The notes below the pieces were generated by a model that did no database searches, was not told where the DNA came from, and saw nothing but the letters and a program-made list of their open reading frames with translations. This document shows positions 24,955 through 38,697 of a DNA stretch of 64,000 nucleotides, piece by piece (the stretch's first letter is position 1; every line of letters starts with the position of its first letter). Where the stretch lies: the NCBI GenBank assembly GCA_002245135.1, contig NGBS01001187.1, positions 1 to 64,000 of the forward strand, read 5' to 3'. This DNA is from Proteromonas lacertae (taxonomy: Eukaryota). A program made the position numbers and the translations under genes.

Positions 24955-27900
24955 TTAGAAGAGTAATTTGTAAATGACATAAATATGAATCAATACAATA
25001 TAGATGTAGAATGGTGTTATCTTAATATGAATCGGTTTTTTATGAATATGATCACTTGGCTATAGAATATATAATAAAATTAATATGCATATATATACAG
25101 AGTGATGACCTTCTTCTAAACTTTCTAATGTGATTGGTTCTTTGATTCGATTTCTAGCTGATTGCTGGTTGACTGATATCTTATGCATTTCTGCAGATAA
25201 TGCAGCATTTTCATTTCTCAATTGCTCTATTTGATTCAATAAACTAGTACATCTTTGAACTGTATTTGATAATTTTGTGTCTTTAGCATTCAATTCAGCT
25301 TGCATTTCCTGCAATTTTGGTCTTAAATCAGGTAACTGCTGTTGTGGCACTTTTACACTCTCTTTTATCTCTATTTTTGCTAATTTTTCTTGTAATTCTG
25401 TAATCTTTTTGGAAGATTGAGCATTTGCATCATTCAACAATTGTTGTAACATCGACTTTTCATCTTCCAATACTTTAACTTTATTATTCAATTCTGATTT
25501 TACGATATCTACCTGTGATTGTGTTTCCATCTTTTCAGCTTCTAGCTGTGTTATCCTATCTTCTAATTTCCTCATATTTTCATCACTAAGAGATTTATTA
25601 CCATTCCTATCTACAGATTGATTATCATTTTTATTCATCTTCTTCATTGTTTGGTTCTTTCTTAATTCTTCTAACTGAGATTGTAATATACTTATTTCTT
25701 TCTCATAACGTGCTTGAATTAACTCTAATTTTTTATTCTTTGAATCATCTTTGCTGGTTGAATTATTCAGTTTCATTTTTAAATTTTCAATTGTTTTTAT
25801 GTAACCATTTTCTTTATCATTTGAAGTTTGAACTAACTCAGTGTATTTCTTTTCGTATAATTCATACTGTTCTTTATATAAATTCAATTTATTTTGAATA
25901 TCAGCAGAGTTTGAATGTAATTCTTTCAACTGTAAATATTTCGTATTTATCTCATTATATTTCATATCTAAATTCTTAATTTCTTCATCTTTTTTTCTTT
26001 CATTATCTTTCAATTGTTGTTGTATATCTAAATTACTTCTCAACTTCTCTGTTAAAGTGTTTAATGATTGTTGAGTTGATTGATTTATTTCTACTTCCTT
26101 TGAATATTGTGATTTATATTCATCTAGTTGTTGGATTAATAATTTATTTTCATTACTTAATCTTAGAAAATCAGTTTCTTTAGAGGTTAATTCCATTGTT
26201 AATTTCTGTATTTCATTTTGAAACATTTGTTGTTGTTCTTCATTGAGATTGTTACTGCTATTATCATTCAATATTTCATTATATAACTTCTCATAGTTAT
26301 TACTTCTTTCTTTATATTCTTTTACTTTATTATTGGAAATATTCAACTCTTCTTCTATTTTGGTTAAATTGTTTTGATTGGTTGATAATTGTTGAGATAA
26401 TGCTGTGATTTGATTGGTTAATTGATCTTTTTCTTCTTCTAAATCAGCTATTTGGTCATTCTCAGTTTCTTCATATTCTGCTATTTTGGATTTTAATTCA
26501 TTGATTTCTTCATTCTTATTGTTTATCTGTTGTTTGTATGAATCTAATTCCATTCTGATATTATTTATAAGTGTTTCTTTCTCTTCTGTTGATTGATTGT
26601 TGTTTGATATTTCTTCTATTCTTTTTTGATTTTCTTCTTCTTTTAACTTTAATTCATTGATTTCTTCATCTTTGATATTCAGTTGTTGTTTATAAGATTC
26701 TAATTCCACTTGAATATTATCATATTTCGATTGGATTTCATTTAGAAGATTTTCTTTTTCTTCTAGTGATTTACTGTTGTTTTTGAATTCTTCGATTTTA
26801 TTATTATTTTCTTCATCTTTTGATTGTAATTCACTTATCTCATTCTCTTTTGATAATAACTGTTCTTTCAACTCATTTATTTCACTATTAATCTTTTCTT
26901 CATTATTTCTATATTCTTCTTCTTTTAACTTTAATTCATTGATTTCTTCATCTTTGATATTCAGTTGTTGTTTATAAGATTCTAATTCCACTTGAATACT
27001 ATCATATTTCGATTGGATTTCATTTATTAAAATATCTTTTTCTTCTGCTGATTTGTTACTATTCGATATCTCTTCTAATTTTCTTAGATTCTCTTCATCT
27101 TTCACTCTCAACTCATTAATCTCTTCATCTTTACTATTCAATTGTTCTTTCAACTCATTTATTGCACTATTAACCTTTTCTTCATTATTTCTATATTCTT
27201 CTTCTTTCAATGATAATTGTTGTTTCAATTCTTCAATTATGGTGTTGTTATTAGATTCTAAACCATCATATTTATCTCTCCATTCATTCTCTAAATTATC
27301 TTTCTCTATTTTCACTTCATTTAATTCATTCTCTATTCTCTCTTTTTCATTTCTAAGTATTTCAATTGCTTCAGATTCTGTTGATGATTTCGATTGTACT
27401 TCCATATTCAAGTTATCAATTACATTCTTAGAGTCTTTTATTTGTTTTATCAACCCTTCATTTTTACTATTTATCTCATCATATTTAACTTTCATTTCAT
27501 TCAATTCATTTTCCATTCTTATTTTATCTTCTTTGATTTCACTATTGTTCTTTTCCAATTCACATATTTGGTTATACTTTTCATCACATTCTTTATCTAA
27601 TTCTTCTTTTTCCACTTTTAATCGATTTAATTCATTTTCTATCTTTTCTTTTTCTTTCTTTATCATTTCTACTTCTTTTTCATTATTTATGCCATTATTT
27701 GTATTTGCAATACTACTTTCTAATTCACTGTATTTTTCTTTTATTTCATTCAATTCATTCTCTTTTTCTTCTAATTCATTTCTTATATTACTTTCTATTT
27801 CACTTAAATTGTTGAATTGGCTTACTATTCTTTCCATATCTTCATCCTTTGATTCAATCTCAGTTTGCTTCTCAAGTAATTGAGTTTTCAATAAACTAAT

Positions 27901-28783
27901 CTCACTTTCAAATGCTGAAATTCTATTGGATGATTCATTGCTTTGAGATGATTGGTTGTTCATTAATTCAGTTATTCTTTGTTCATATTCTTCACTTGAT
28001 TTTTGTAGTTTTTCTATTTCATTGTTTTTACTTGTTATTTCTTCATTCATATTATTCTCTATTACTGTTTTATCATTCTCTAACTTTTCATTTATTTCTT
28101 TTAATTGGATTATTTCATGTTCTAAATTGTCTTTTTCACACTTTAATACTACATAATCATTTTTTAACTTTTCCATTTCTTCATTATTAACACTATTACT
28201 ACTGCTTTCGTTCACTGTTGAAGTGGAGAATGAAGCTGATAGACTATCATACTCTGTCTTTAATGATTCATATTTGTTTCTCGCTTTATTGGCTCTATCT
28301 TTCCACTTAGCTACTTCTTCTAAAGATCTAATTATATAGAAATGAATAATAATATATTATACGATTTTAATGATGTTTCCAATTCATTTATTTTTTCTTG
28401 AGATTGTGACGAATCTAAATTAGGAGATGACAAAGATCTATTGATTATGTAAAATAATATGTTATATACTGCAACTTCTCAATCTGTTCTTTCAGTTCTG
28501 CATTCTCTGATGTTAATGGTGTCATTAGTAGAGTTAATCTTTCTACCTGCTCCTTATATTGATCTCTTTGTTCTTTAATTACATTTATATCATCGCTTTC
28601 TTCAACTAAAGGATTCATTATATTTCAATAATATACAAGAACCATCTGGAGATTTTACAAAAGCTATATTATATAAATAACACTACAGAAAATCATACAA
28701 CTAGCAATCTGTGATCCATGTTGATCAGCAGTATCTAAAATTTCTGATACATTGCTTACAACAGAGGACAGCTTATTCCACAT
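24955..28783 (-). CDS. Golgin-84-like long coiled-coil protein with C-terminal transmembrane anchor
   Basis: N-terminus MWNKLSSVVSNVSEILDTADQHG resembles the golgin-84 N-terminal motif. Over 1000 aa of coiled coil. Last exon FYIYIVLIHIYVIYKLLF* has the Y..H pattern of golgin-84/CASP TMDs. Confidence 0.7.
26630..27205 (-). repeat. Internal tandem duplication (282-nt period, 94 aa) in the golgin coiled coil
   Basis: EIQSKYD[S/N]IQVELESYKQQLNIKDEEINELKLKEEE occurs twice with nearly identical DNA at 26640 and 26922. LKEEEYRNNEEK is also duplicated. Confidence 0.85.
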
Positions 28784-28907
28784 CCCAAAAGAAGAAAATC
28801 AAAATTTGAATTAATCAAGCTTGTATCAAACTGAAAGTGGGGTTTTGAAAACTTTATTGTTTATTTTTGGTAAAGACAATTTCCCCATTTCATTTAAAAG
28901 ATTAATA

Positions 28908-29769
28908 ATGTCACTAGAATCTTCCGGTTTTCAACCTAATAAGGAAATATCAAAAATAGTGATTAATTTCATTGATATGGATTCAAAAATTGAGTATTAC
29001 TCTTCATTTTACAGTTAGATTTAATTTAAAAGTACACACAAAAACGTCAATAGGTGATTTAAAAGAATTAGTAAATAAAAGAGTGGGATATGGAAATAAC
29101 CATATGGAGTTGAAATATCATGGTGTTGTCTTGGCAGAAAATTCATACACATTATCACATTACAATGTACTGAACAGGTATATTTTAAAAACAATATTTT
29201 GTAGAGATACTATAAACATTGTGAGGAAAAGCTCCAGAGAAAACAGTATTAATATAATAATTAATGTATTTTGAATAGCTCCATTTTCTACCATCACATC
29301 CATCCAACAAGACATAAGAGCAACAGCTCCTAGTTTTTCTGAACAACCACCAGCTAATCCAATATGTCTATGGTCTCCTCGTCTAAGATTCATCTCAGTA
29401 TTTATATTGATCTACATATTAATATGTATGGCTGAGTCAATAGAGTATATTAGTATGCCTTCAGTAATTATTTATTCTATGATTGTTACACTGTGTGGAA
29501 TAAGTATTCATTTATCGAATAAACCACACAAGTCAATTAGTTTACTTACATTCAGATTATTCGCAATTTCAACATTGTTGTCAGTTTATTCTTCTATTGA
29601 TTCGTTTATAAGAAATGATCATAAATACAATGCTTCATTTTTCAGCTTATGGGTAATCTGTAGAATACTTGGACCTCCAATCTTTGTTGGTATTGGTTGT
29701 ATTATATGTTATATGTTTTCAGAAGCTGTAGAAGGTACTTATGAATATGGAACAATTCATTATCAATAA
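28908..29769 (+). CDS. Ubiquitin-like domain + multi-pass membrane protein, 4 exons
   Basis: FNLKVHTKTSIGDLKELVNKRVG...LKYHGVVLAENSYTLSHYNVLNRDTINIV is a Ubl fold, followed by about 4 hydrophobic segments. Confidence 0.7.
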
Positions 29770-29892
29770 ATGGAAAGATGAAATTTAATAATCGTTTTAA
29801 ATTATGTTTTTAATTTTTGATTAATTTATTAATTAAATAAAATTTTGTTTATTTGAAATAGAGTAAATTTAAAAATTAATAATATATGTTAA

Positions 29893-32094
29893 TTATAGCA
29901 ATTCTAAATTCTCGACATCAATATCATCAAAATTCAATACATCATCTGGTTCTTCATCTAAATCTATTACTTCATCTTCTTCCTCATCATTCTCTTCATT
30001 TTCTTCATTATTATTACCATCATTCACTTCAGTTTCATCATTATCAATAACACCAACATCTTCTAAAGCAATTTCAGTATTATCATTTTCATTCTCATTT
30101 TCTTCATTTATTAAAGGATTAGAATCAACAGAAAATCCACGATTATGTAATTCCATCTTAGCAACACCACTTGCAGTTGTTGTTGTTGTTTTCTTCTTAT
30201 TAACACTATTATTTGAAATAGTCCTGCCAATCGAACTAGCTTTCTTCACACTCAAATTCTTCTTCAAAGCAGCTTTGGGGGAATCTTCCACAGATTTTCT
30301 GGGTGTAGAATTTCCAACCTTCTTTTTGCTTGGTGGTAGTCTCTTTTTCGTATTTCCATTCTCACGAGGCGACATATTATTTGATCCACTCTTCTTTTTA
30401 GGAGTTAAACTTGGTGTATTGGTCATTGGACTTAATCTCATTGAACTATTTAATGATAGACGATTATTATTAGAAGCAGTCTTTTTAGCTTCTTTTAGAC
30501 TTTCTTTTGCAACTCGTAATTGTTCATTTAAATAACCAACTTTTGCTAATAAATCATCTTTATCTTTCTGAAGGTTATCACATTTAGTTTGCATGATTTT
30601 CATACTTCTTTCAGTACTTTGGATTTCTTTATTTCTTTTAGCTTGTTCCTCTTTATATTTCAATAAATTCACTTGTAATTCATTATTTCTTAATTTCAAA
30701 TCATCTGCTTCTTTTTTTACATTATCTACACTTTTCATTCTCATTGCTTTTTGACCATTTATTAACTCTTCACTTTGTCTTAATTGCTCTTCTAATTCAT
30801 TGATTTTTTTAGTTAAATTCTCTCTATCTTTCATTATACTGTCTATTTTATCTCTCAAGTCTTTATTCTCTTGATCAGCATTTCTAAATTGAACATTCTG
30901 TTTTGCTACACCCAAATTAATATTTTTAGCTCTTGTCGCAAATTGTAATGTAGAATACGATTCGTCGTATTGTGCTTCCGTTGGACATAGTGTACAAAAT
31001 AAAATAGTCTTTGCATTACCATTTAAACTATCTTTCAATATCATTGTTAATTTACTATCACGATATGGAACATGTGGATTTTTCTTATCTAAAGCTTGCA
31101 TAATATTACTTAAAGCACTTAATGATTTATTAATATTCTTAGCTTCTGTTAATCTATCTCCTTCTACACCAGTTTTTGCTATTCTTTCACTTCCAGCTAA
31201 ATCAACCATATATAATTTACTCTGAGTTGTTTGTTTAGTTACTTTATCGTATTGATCAATATAAAGTGTTAGAATACAATGGCTTCTACTACTTTCATCA
31301 TTGGCATTAGTGGCTGCTGTTGTTCTTATTTCCATTCCTTTATAAAACCATTCTCTTACACTGTTATTATCAGGGATTTCTATTTCATCACAATCTAACT
31401 TTATATCATCTCCACTCATGTTTATATGGACTTTTCTCTTGTCTTCTCCTTTTCCTAGTAAATCGTATACTTCTTCGTTATATATTTCAACCATAGATAA
31501 CCTTACATTTGTATCAAAACTACTGGTACTGATGAATTCAAATAATTTGGCGGTTAAACGGAAGATTAAACCTGGATGTTCTTTTGTACCAAACATTGTG
31601 TATGTTTTACCTGAACCTGTTTGACCATAGGCTATTATACTGACATTAAATCCTTGCATGACACTTGCAGTCAAATGACTTAGTTGATCAAATACAGCTT
31701 CTTGTCCTACTGTTGGACCAAAGCATTGATCAAATGCAAAAGGTTTGAAACTGGCAGTTTTGATATTATGAAGGGAAAGACTTCCATTATCATACACTTC
31801 TAGAGATTGGGCGCCTGTATCTTCATTGGATGTTCGTATTATTGGTCTTACTCTGACATATACCAGGATATTTCCTCGAAAAGATTGAAGATTTGATAGT
31901 AATTTACTGTTTTCTTGAACTACTAGTGCAAGACGATCACACTGTTGCTCCAGAAGTTTCTTGGCATCTCCCTTAAACCTATCATGTATTTCAGTTGTAT
32001 CAGCCCCATCTTCTCCATTGATAAGACTATTATAATTTTCTTCGAATATTTGATCAAACTCTTTTAATATCTCTTCTCTTGTCAATGCAGCCAT
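29893..32094 (-). CDS. Kinesin-14-type motor protein with N-proximal motor and C-terminal coiled coil
   Basis: Neck RGNILVYVRVRP, P-loop GQTGSGKT, switch I SSRSH, switch II DLAGSE, HVPYRDSKLT. Single intron-free ORF. Confidence 0.92.
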   Translation of the reverse strand: MAALTREEILKEFDQIFEENYNSLINGEDGADTTEIHDRFKGDAKKLLEQQCDRLALVVQENSKLLSNLQSFRGNILVYVRVRPIIRTSNEDTGAQSLEVYDNGSLSLHNIKTASFKPFAFDQCFGPTVGQEAVFDQLSHLTASVMQGFNVSIIAYGQTGSGKTYTMFGTKEHPGLIFRLTAKLFEFISTSSFDTNVRLSMVEIYNEEVYDLLGKGEDKRKVHINMSGDDIKLDCDEIEIPDNNSVREWFYKGMEIRTTAATNANDESSRSHCILTLYIDQYDKVTKQTTQSKLYMVDLAGSERIAKTGVEGDRLTEAKNINKSLSALSNIMQALDKKNPHVPYRDSKLTMILKDSLNGNAKTILFCTLCPTEAQYDESYSTLQFATRAKNINLGVAKQNVQFRNADQENKDLRDKIDSIMKDRENLTKKINELEEQLRQSEELINGQKAMRMKSVDNVKKEADDLKLRNNELQVNLLKYKEEQAKRNKEIQSTERSMKIMQTKCDNLQKDKDDLLAKVGYLNEQLRVAKESLKEAKKTASNNNRLSLNSSMRLSPMTNTPSLTPKKKSGSNNMSPRENGNTKKRLPPSKKKVGNSTPRKSVEDSPKAALKKNLSVKKASSIGRTISNNSVNKKKTTTTTASGVAKMELHNRGFSVDSNPLINEENENENDNTEIALEDVGVIDNDETEVNDGNNNEENEENDEEEDEVIDLDEEPDDVLNFDDIDVENLELL

Positions 32095-32276
32095 ATCAAA
32101 AAAATTAAATTTTTTTGATTGTTATTTTGTCAAATTTACATCTTTTGACATTTGCAGTGTAATTTGAAATTTTTATCTTCATCAAAAATTTAAATAGACT
32201 TTTATTTAGTGTTTATGAGTTGTATATATTTTCTAAAAGTGTCTAACAAAACAAAACAATTATTTGACACAGTTAT

Positions 32277-33231
32277 TTACATGTTATAGTCAATTCCAAT
32301 CTGAAAATTAGTCTTTGTTGGTTCTAATGGTGATAAAATGAGTGACATATCAACACCAACCGTTAATCTGGGGTTGACACACACTTTATTACTGAGAATC
32401 CATTTCTTTGATAATATATTGTAATATACTTCACACTTCCACTTCTCTGTGTTTAATGTAGATCCTATAATCAGTCCTGCATTACCAGTTATGTAATTAT
32501 AACTGTCAACTTCATTTAGAAGTGTTTTACTAGCTACATTGAAATACAATTGTTTTGTAATAGGGATACATGTCATTGTGGTTAGTAATTGGTCAAAATA
32601 ATTATAAATAAACTGAAAGTTGTAATTCTTTAAATATAATCCAAAATCTAATTTTGATAGTTTCAATGTACTATTTTCAAAAAAGTGTGAATTAACATTG
32701 ATATTTGCTCCTAATACCATTGAATTGTCGTATGTGAAAGAATTGTTTAAATAGAAATTACCTCTCAACATATCAACTATTGTTGTTATTTGATAATTTG
32801 GATATTGTTTTTTTATACATACTTTACATATATCTGATCGTTTATATGCTGAAAATCCTGTTTCTCCACTAATAAATAAATATTAATATCAATACTTCAC
32901 TATAAAGTAAAATGGACTGTATGATTTTAGTTTTAAATTGTAATTTAACCTTCCTTCACTATCAAATACTATTTTTTCTGAGGAATTTGATGATTTGTAT
33001 TTATATTCAACAGCAAACAATTCAGTTTTATGATCTTCATCAAAGTATATTCTAGTACAGAGTGTCTAAATATAAAGCTAGCATGATTTTTATACTTTTC
33101 TTGTATGTTTGCTTAAATGTGAAGGATAAATCCTCTCTACATATCTCTGCAGTTTCTCTGTATCTAAACCAATAATATAAATGGATTTTTATACCATTAT
33201 ATCTATTCAATTCATCAAAAAACAAATTCAT
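32277..33231 (-). CDS. Divergent mitochondrial porin (VDAC/Tom40 superfamily)
   Basis: Spliced ~290-aa protein of alternating amphipathic beta strands (LSKLDFGLY, LTVGVDMSL), ending in a beta-signal-like TNFQIGIDYNM. Confidence 0.55.
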
Positions 33232-33357
33232 TTAGTCAAACCAATCTCAAAAAGCTTGTTTCAAAATAAATTTTCATTTTCTTTATTTTTTTATACTAAA
33301 CACACACACAGACAATATAACATAAGTCATGATAATGGTTAAAACTTAATCAATAAT

Positions 33358-34361
33358 TTAATGACCTCCAGTTGTTCCTAAACCACAAGCAGTCTTGAAA
33401 GTATCATAGATCCACCATTGGAAGGCTGTAAGTGTACCAATCATGAAAATACGAGCTACTAAACCAGACCATAAACCTTTCCAACCTAATTGTTTACATA
33501 CAACACCAATTGAAGTTCCTGGGTTCTTATTAAGAACTGATACAATAACATCAGCTGGGTGACTAACAATAGCGCAGAAAATACCTGCAATATAACCAGA
33601 TAAGAAGGTAACACCTAATTGGAATGGTTTACTGTAATTGCTCTTACCCTTTGTAAATACGTATTTGTAGAATAATTCGACTGTACTTTCGAATACAGTG
33701 AACTTCATCATTGTGTATGGGATTTGTCTGAACCATAATGGAACTAAACCTTTGTATAAACCGTTCATGCCTTCAGCAGATTTGATCTTAGTCCATCCTT
33801 CACCTAATTTGGTTGGGAAGTTGGCCTCTGGTGGAGCAGTTTGCATACGTACTTTGATAGCTTCAAATGGACATAAGAATACATCAGCACAGAATTCAGC
33901 TGAGAATGAAGCACATAAGTATAACAATGTTCTGTGACGGTATGCTGTTTCTTCACCTACCATCTTTGAGTATAAATCCTTGAAAATTTCATAGAAACCA
34001 AATTTGAAACATCCTTGACAGGCATAACCACAAAATGTTGGGAAGAAACCTAAATATAAACCTCCTCTTGGTCCAAAACCTTTTGTTTTGCCAATAACTT
34101 TGAAACCATCGAAGATACCCTTGTATTTTCCTGGATTAGCTTGAATGTTACATTTAACTAAATCAAGGGGTGTAATAGCACTGTGAGTAGTACCACATGC
34201 GATAATACCACCAAGCATACATTTAAGGTAGTAGGAAATGTTATGTGGGATTGGCTTATCAGCATTAGCAGCGGCAAACATTTTTTGTTGCCTAGGAGAT
34301 AATACTAAATAGAATACTTTAATGGACTCAAACCTGCAGCAGAATAGAGATAGGCACACAT
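33358..34361 (-). CDS. Mitochondrial phosphate carrier (SLC25A3/Mir1 family)
   Basis: CGTTHSAITPLDLVKCNIQ, KFGFYEIFK, CPFEAIKVRMQT, PLWFRQIPYTMMKF, SHPADVIVS, QWWIYD. A short first exon probably starts at ATG 34361, with a 26-nt intron. Confidence 0.95.
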
Positions 34362-34816
34362 TATAGAAATGACAGTTTCTAAGGTCAAAAAATGCTTCAA
34401 TATGGTTGGACAGATTTTTTTTTGATTTTTGGGATTATGTAATCTCCAAATAAGGATATAAATCAACATAATGCAGCATTATGATGTTGATACACCTGGT
34501 TATGATATAAAATGGATGATAGTTTCGAATCATTGAAACGTCATTTATACCAAACAGCATAAAAAATTAAGACTCTACTTAAATCAATGATTATTATCAT
34601 TAAGATAGATTTAGATATTTATTTTCACTCGAACACTTCAAAATTGCAACATCAAGTCCTCTTCTATTTTTTCTCCCAATAATCGACTATTCAGACTAAT
34701 ATATATAAACACTCCCTTTCTATAACAAATATAGTCTTGCTATTAAAATTGAATAGATGAAACGGATATAATTGTTTTTTCTTTTTATTTCTTTTTTGAA
34801 ATACTCACTAAATAAA

Positions 34817-36388
34817 ATGGGAAACATCGTAGATATGAATATATGCGGTATAAATCAGTATTATGAGTCTGATGAAGACAAATTCAAATACTTTGTTAAA
34901 GGCAAAAGTATATTCGTTTATTTTATCTTTAGGATGTGATTCAAACTTGGATTTTATAATAAAATACTGGATCAAATGTGATCATAACCGATTATACTAT
35001 GCTGAAGATTTAATAGCACAAAATGAATGTAAGTCTTGCTTTTCTAATCTCATTAGATTTAATTGAGCAACTCGTGAAACTGTTCGTTTCTACAAGAAAC
35101 TGTAATATATTCAGACTTCTAGTAAGGTTAAGTGTAAAAAGTGATTCAATTAAACATATAATCACTCAGAACATAGGCTCACCTACTACACAGTTATATT
35201 TGAAGTTAATGAATGGAATAAAGGATTTATATACAATTGATCTCTCCAGTATACTAAATTAATATATTAATTTCTATGTTTTAATAGGTAAATGTCTTAA
35301 TTCAAAAGATCTTAATATTATTGGTGAAACAATGCAATGTACAGAGAATATAGAGACTTTAAAGATAGGAAGTAACAAATATGATACTGATGCTTTCAAA
35401 TTGTTTTGTAGAAGTCTATACTATTTACCACGTCTGCATATTTTATCAATAGAAGACAGTAATATCAATGATTCTGCATTTCAATATTTCTGTCGTTATT
35501 TGTTCTTTATTCCAGATTTGAGAGAATTATATATTGGTAAGAATAAAATAAGTGATAATGGATTATTGTGCTTTTCATATGTAATGAAAGGAATTCAGAA
35601 GTTGAAATTACTCAATATTGGATGTATACTATATTATTATTATTTATATTTTATTAGATAATAATCTAATAACTGAAAGAGGAATCAAATATATATCAAA
35701 CCAAATTGACAAAATTGATAAAATTGAATCACTGTCTTTTTCAGGTATAAAGATAAATATGTTTGGAGTTTATAATTTCTTTAATAAATTAAATCTTGTG
35801 AATAATAATATACAAGTATTATTTCTCAATAGTATATATATATATATTATTATTATATTTAATATATGTTTAGATTGTTATTTATGTGAAAATAAAAGTG
35901 TAAAATATCTGTCAAATCAACTATTTAAATTACCTCTCTTAACAGAATTAGAATTACAGTGTAATAAAATTGGTAAAGATGATATTAAAGATCTTGCAGA
36001 ATCACTAAAATGTTTTTCTAATTTGAAATTATTAGATTTATACTGCAACAAATTAAACTCTTATTGTGTTGAAGTATTATGTAATGTTGCATTTAAGAAT
36101 ATGCCTTTTTTAGAGTCTTTAAGTTTAGGAGAAAATAGGATATGTAAAAGTGGAGTTGTTATTTTAGGGGAGAGTTTGAAATATTTAACTAATTTAAAAG
36201 TATTAGATATACAATCAAATAATATACCTTTAAGTGGACTTGAATCGTTCTGTGATAAACTCTTTTATACTTCTAAATTAGAAGTTTTGGATTTAGGCAA
36301 TAATGATTTTAATGGAGATGGAATTGGTTGTATCAAACAGAGAATAGAAAATTCTTTAGGGAAAAAAAGAATTGAAGTGTATTTTTGA
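34817..36388 (+). CDS. RI-like leucine-rich-repeat protein with MGN N-terminus
   Basis: 28-aa LRRs (LRELYIGKNKISDNG, LESLSLGENRICKSG, LEVLDLGNNDFNGDG). All introns phase 1; exon 35288-35623 is 336 nt (4 x 84). Confidence 0.85.
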
Positions 36389-36482
36389 TTTTTATATAAC
36401 ATAAATTAATTTTTAATTTTTTGTTGTTGATGTGTGTTTTGTATTTATTTATCAAAAATATAAACAAATTTATATATTTTTT

Positions 36483-38655
36483 TTATCTCACATTCATTAA
36501 ATTATACAATAAATCTCTATCACGATGATTATAGGTTATTTTTAATGATGTTCTCTTTTTAAAGGATGTGTATTCTTCAGTTTCTTTAATACATTCTATA
36601 TATTAATAAAATATAGAAGTAATAAATACCTGAAATGATTAAATGTTGTAAAGATTTTATTCTATCGATTTTATTCAAAAGAAGATTGGTAGTCTTTTTA
36701 TCATATTTTATATTACTTAAGTCCAACTCATGCAGAGAAGAATATTCATCAAAATGTTCAGTATATTCTACCATACCATCATATGTTAGTTCATTACCTA
36801 TTATTATATTATTACAGCGTATTCCTATACCAGAAACGTCAATAAATTCAAGATTTGGCAATAGTTTAATATTTTTGATATATCCCCTGAATGAATCATC
36901 ATCTAATCCTGTAGCTATTTATGAATTAAAATGAATAAAAAGCTATACATCCCATTGATAGAGCTTTTAAACCATGCAATATACTCAATTTACGAAAAAA
37001 ATAAAGAATCGCTGATTTATGAATTGGATTAGCTATATATATTATTAATATATTCATGTAATAAAATACATCTTATATTCAATTCTTTCAAATCCTTCAA
37101 ATAATTAAATTTATCACTCAAATACATAATACCCTCATCACATGTATTACTACCTATAATTATTTTTAAATCTTTATTTCATACTTTCAATATCTAATAT
37201 CTGTAAATGTTGAATGACTTGAATATTATCGCAGATATACTTACATCCTGCATCAGATATTTTTTGACGACACAAATTCAACACATAATTCTTTCGAATA
37301 GATTGCAGCAAAATACTATCAATTCCATATTCTTTTAATGTACATTTTTCGAATTTTTCGTATAGATCAAACTCTTGAGACATTGTGTATTTATTATCAT
37401 ATGAATTATCTTCCCATAGCATATTTAAGCAGAAAAATAAAGCTCTACTATTTTTATATTTGATATAGTCACATATAACGGATTTCTTAAGAACTAATAA
37501 ATAATAACATATAATATAATATATACATTTATGATGTAAAATATCATTGATATTGTTTTTCTCAAATTTAAAATCATTACCTATAAATAAACACACATTA
37601 ACATCTTTCATAACTGATTGATTCATTTTTTGTTTAATTTTATTTATTTCACTTAAAGCTTCTTCAATATTAGGTCTACTGTATGGAAATTCTGATATTA
37701 ATTTCATCATTAATTTATAATAACTATGATTTTTATCCACTTCATTATTAATTCTTCCATTTAATACCATTAACTTTGCTTCATTCCTATTCTTACCAAT
37801 GAACAAATGTTTTCCAGTTATAATATAATGTAATAAACATCCCAAACTAAACATATCTGTTGAATGATTATATTCTTTACCACATAACATTTCTGGACTT
37901 TTATATTCATATAAAGTATCATTTTCATCATCATCATCTTCATAATTATTGATAATATATTTACAATAATCCGTCATTAAAAAACTTCCATTATTATTAT
38001 CAACAAGAATATTGGATGGTTTTATATTTCCATGATATATGTTGTATTTTGATAAATATTTTAAATTATTACAAATGTCAGTTATTATACTATAAACAAT
38101 ATCATTTTTATTAGATTCTGTGTCTTGTAGAAATGATGGAATTAATGTCTCAATTGAACCACATTCATAATATGGTATTATTAAATACATTCTATTTGAT
38201 TTGTCAAAATATTCACTCTTCATTGGTATAATTGACTGAATGTAGGTTGATACAATACTCACACACTCATTCTACAAATATATAAATATCATTATTATGC
38301 ATACATAAAATGATATGCTTTTATAGGATGATTTACATTCGATTGATTTTATAACTAATGGATTTTTATAATAAAACATATTAATCATCCAACTTCTTGA
38401 ATTTTTAGATTTTTTCAATTCTCTTAATATCTATATAAAGAATTTAACTAATTTATCTCATACTTTGAACTGTGAACTTCTAATTTCAATATTCTATAAT
38501 CAATTGTTAATATATTATTTTAATACATCTTTCATTTCATCCAATACTTCTAACACTCTCAAAATCCTTTTTTCTTCTTTTTTGTATTTATCACTTTCTA
38601 AATTTGTAAACAGGGAAGGTATAATTGAGGATTTCTTGATGTGACAATTTCCCAT
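36483..38655 (-). CDS. Pseudokinase-LRR protein with MGNC acylation motif
   Basis: Starts MGNCHIKK. Kinase has YHGNIKPSNILV (no catalytic Asp), TDYC in place of DFG, YKSPEML and TDMFSLGC. LRR exons of 84, 84, 84 and 168 nt follow. Confidence 0.85.
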
Positions 38656-38697
38656 TGATTATTTCTTCTTTTTTAATTTCAGTTACAACATTTTTTA

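Noticed and set aside
25647..28190. Plus-strand F/S/L-rich ORFs (for example 27053-27883)
   Set aside because: Antisense shadows of the E/K/N-rich golgin coiled coil.
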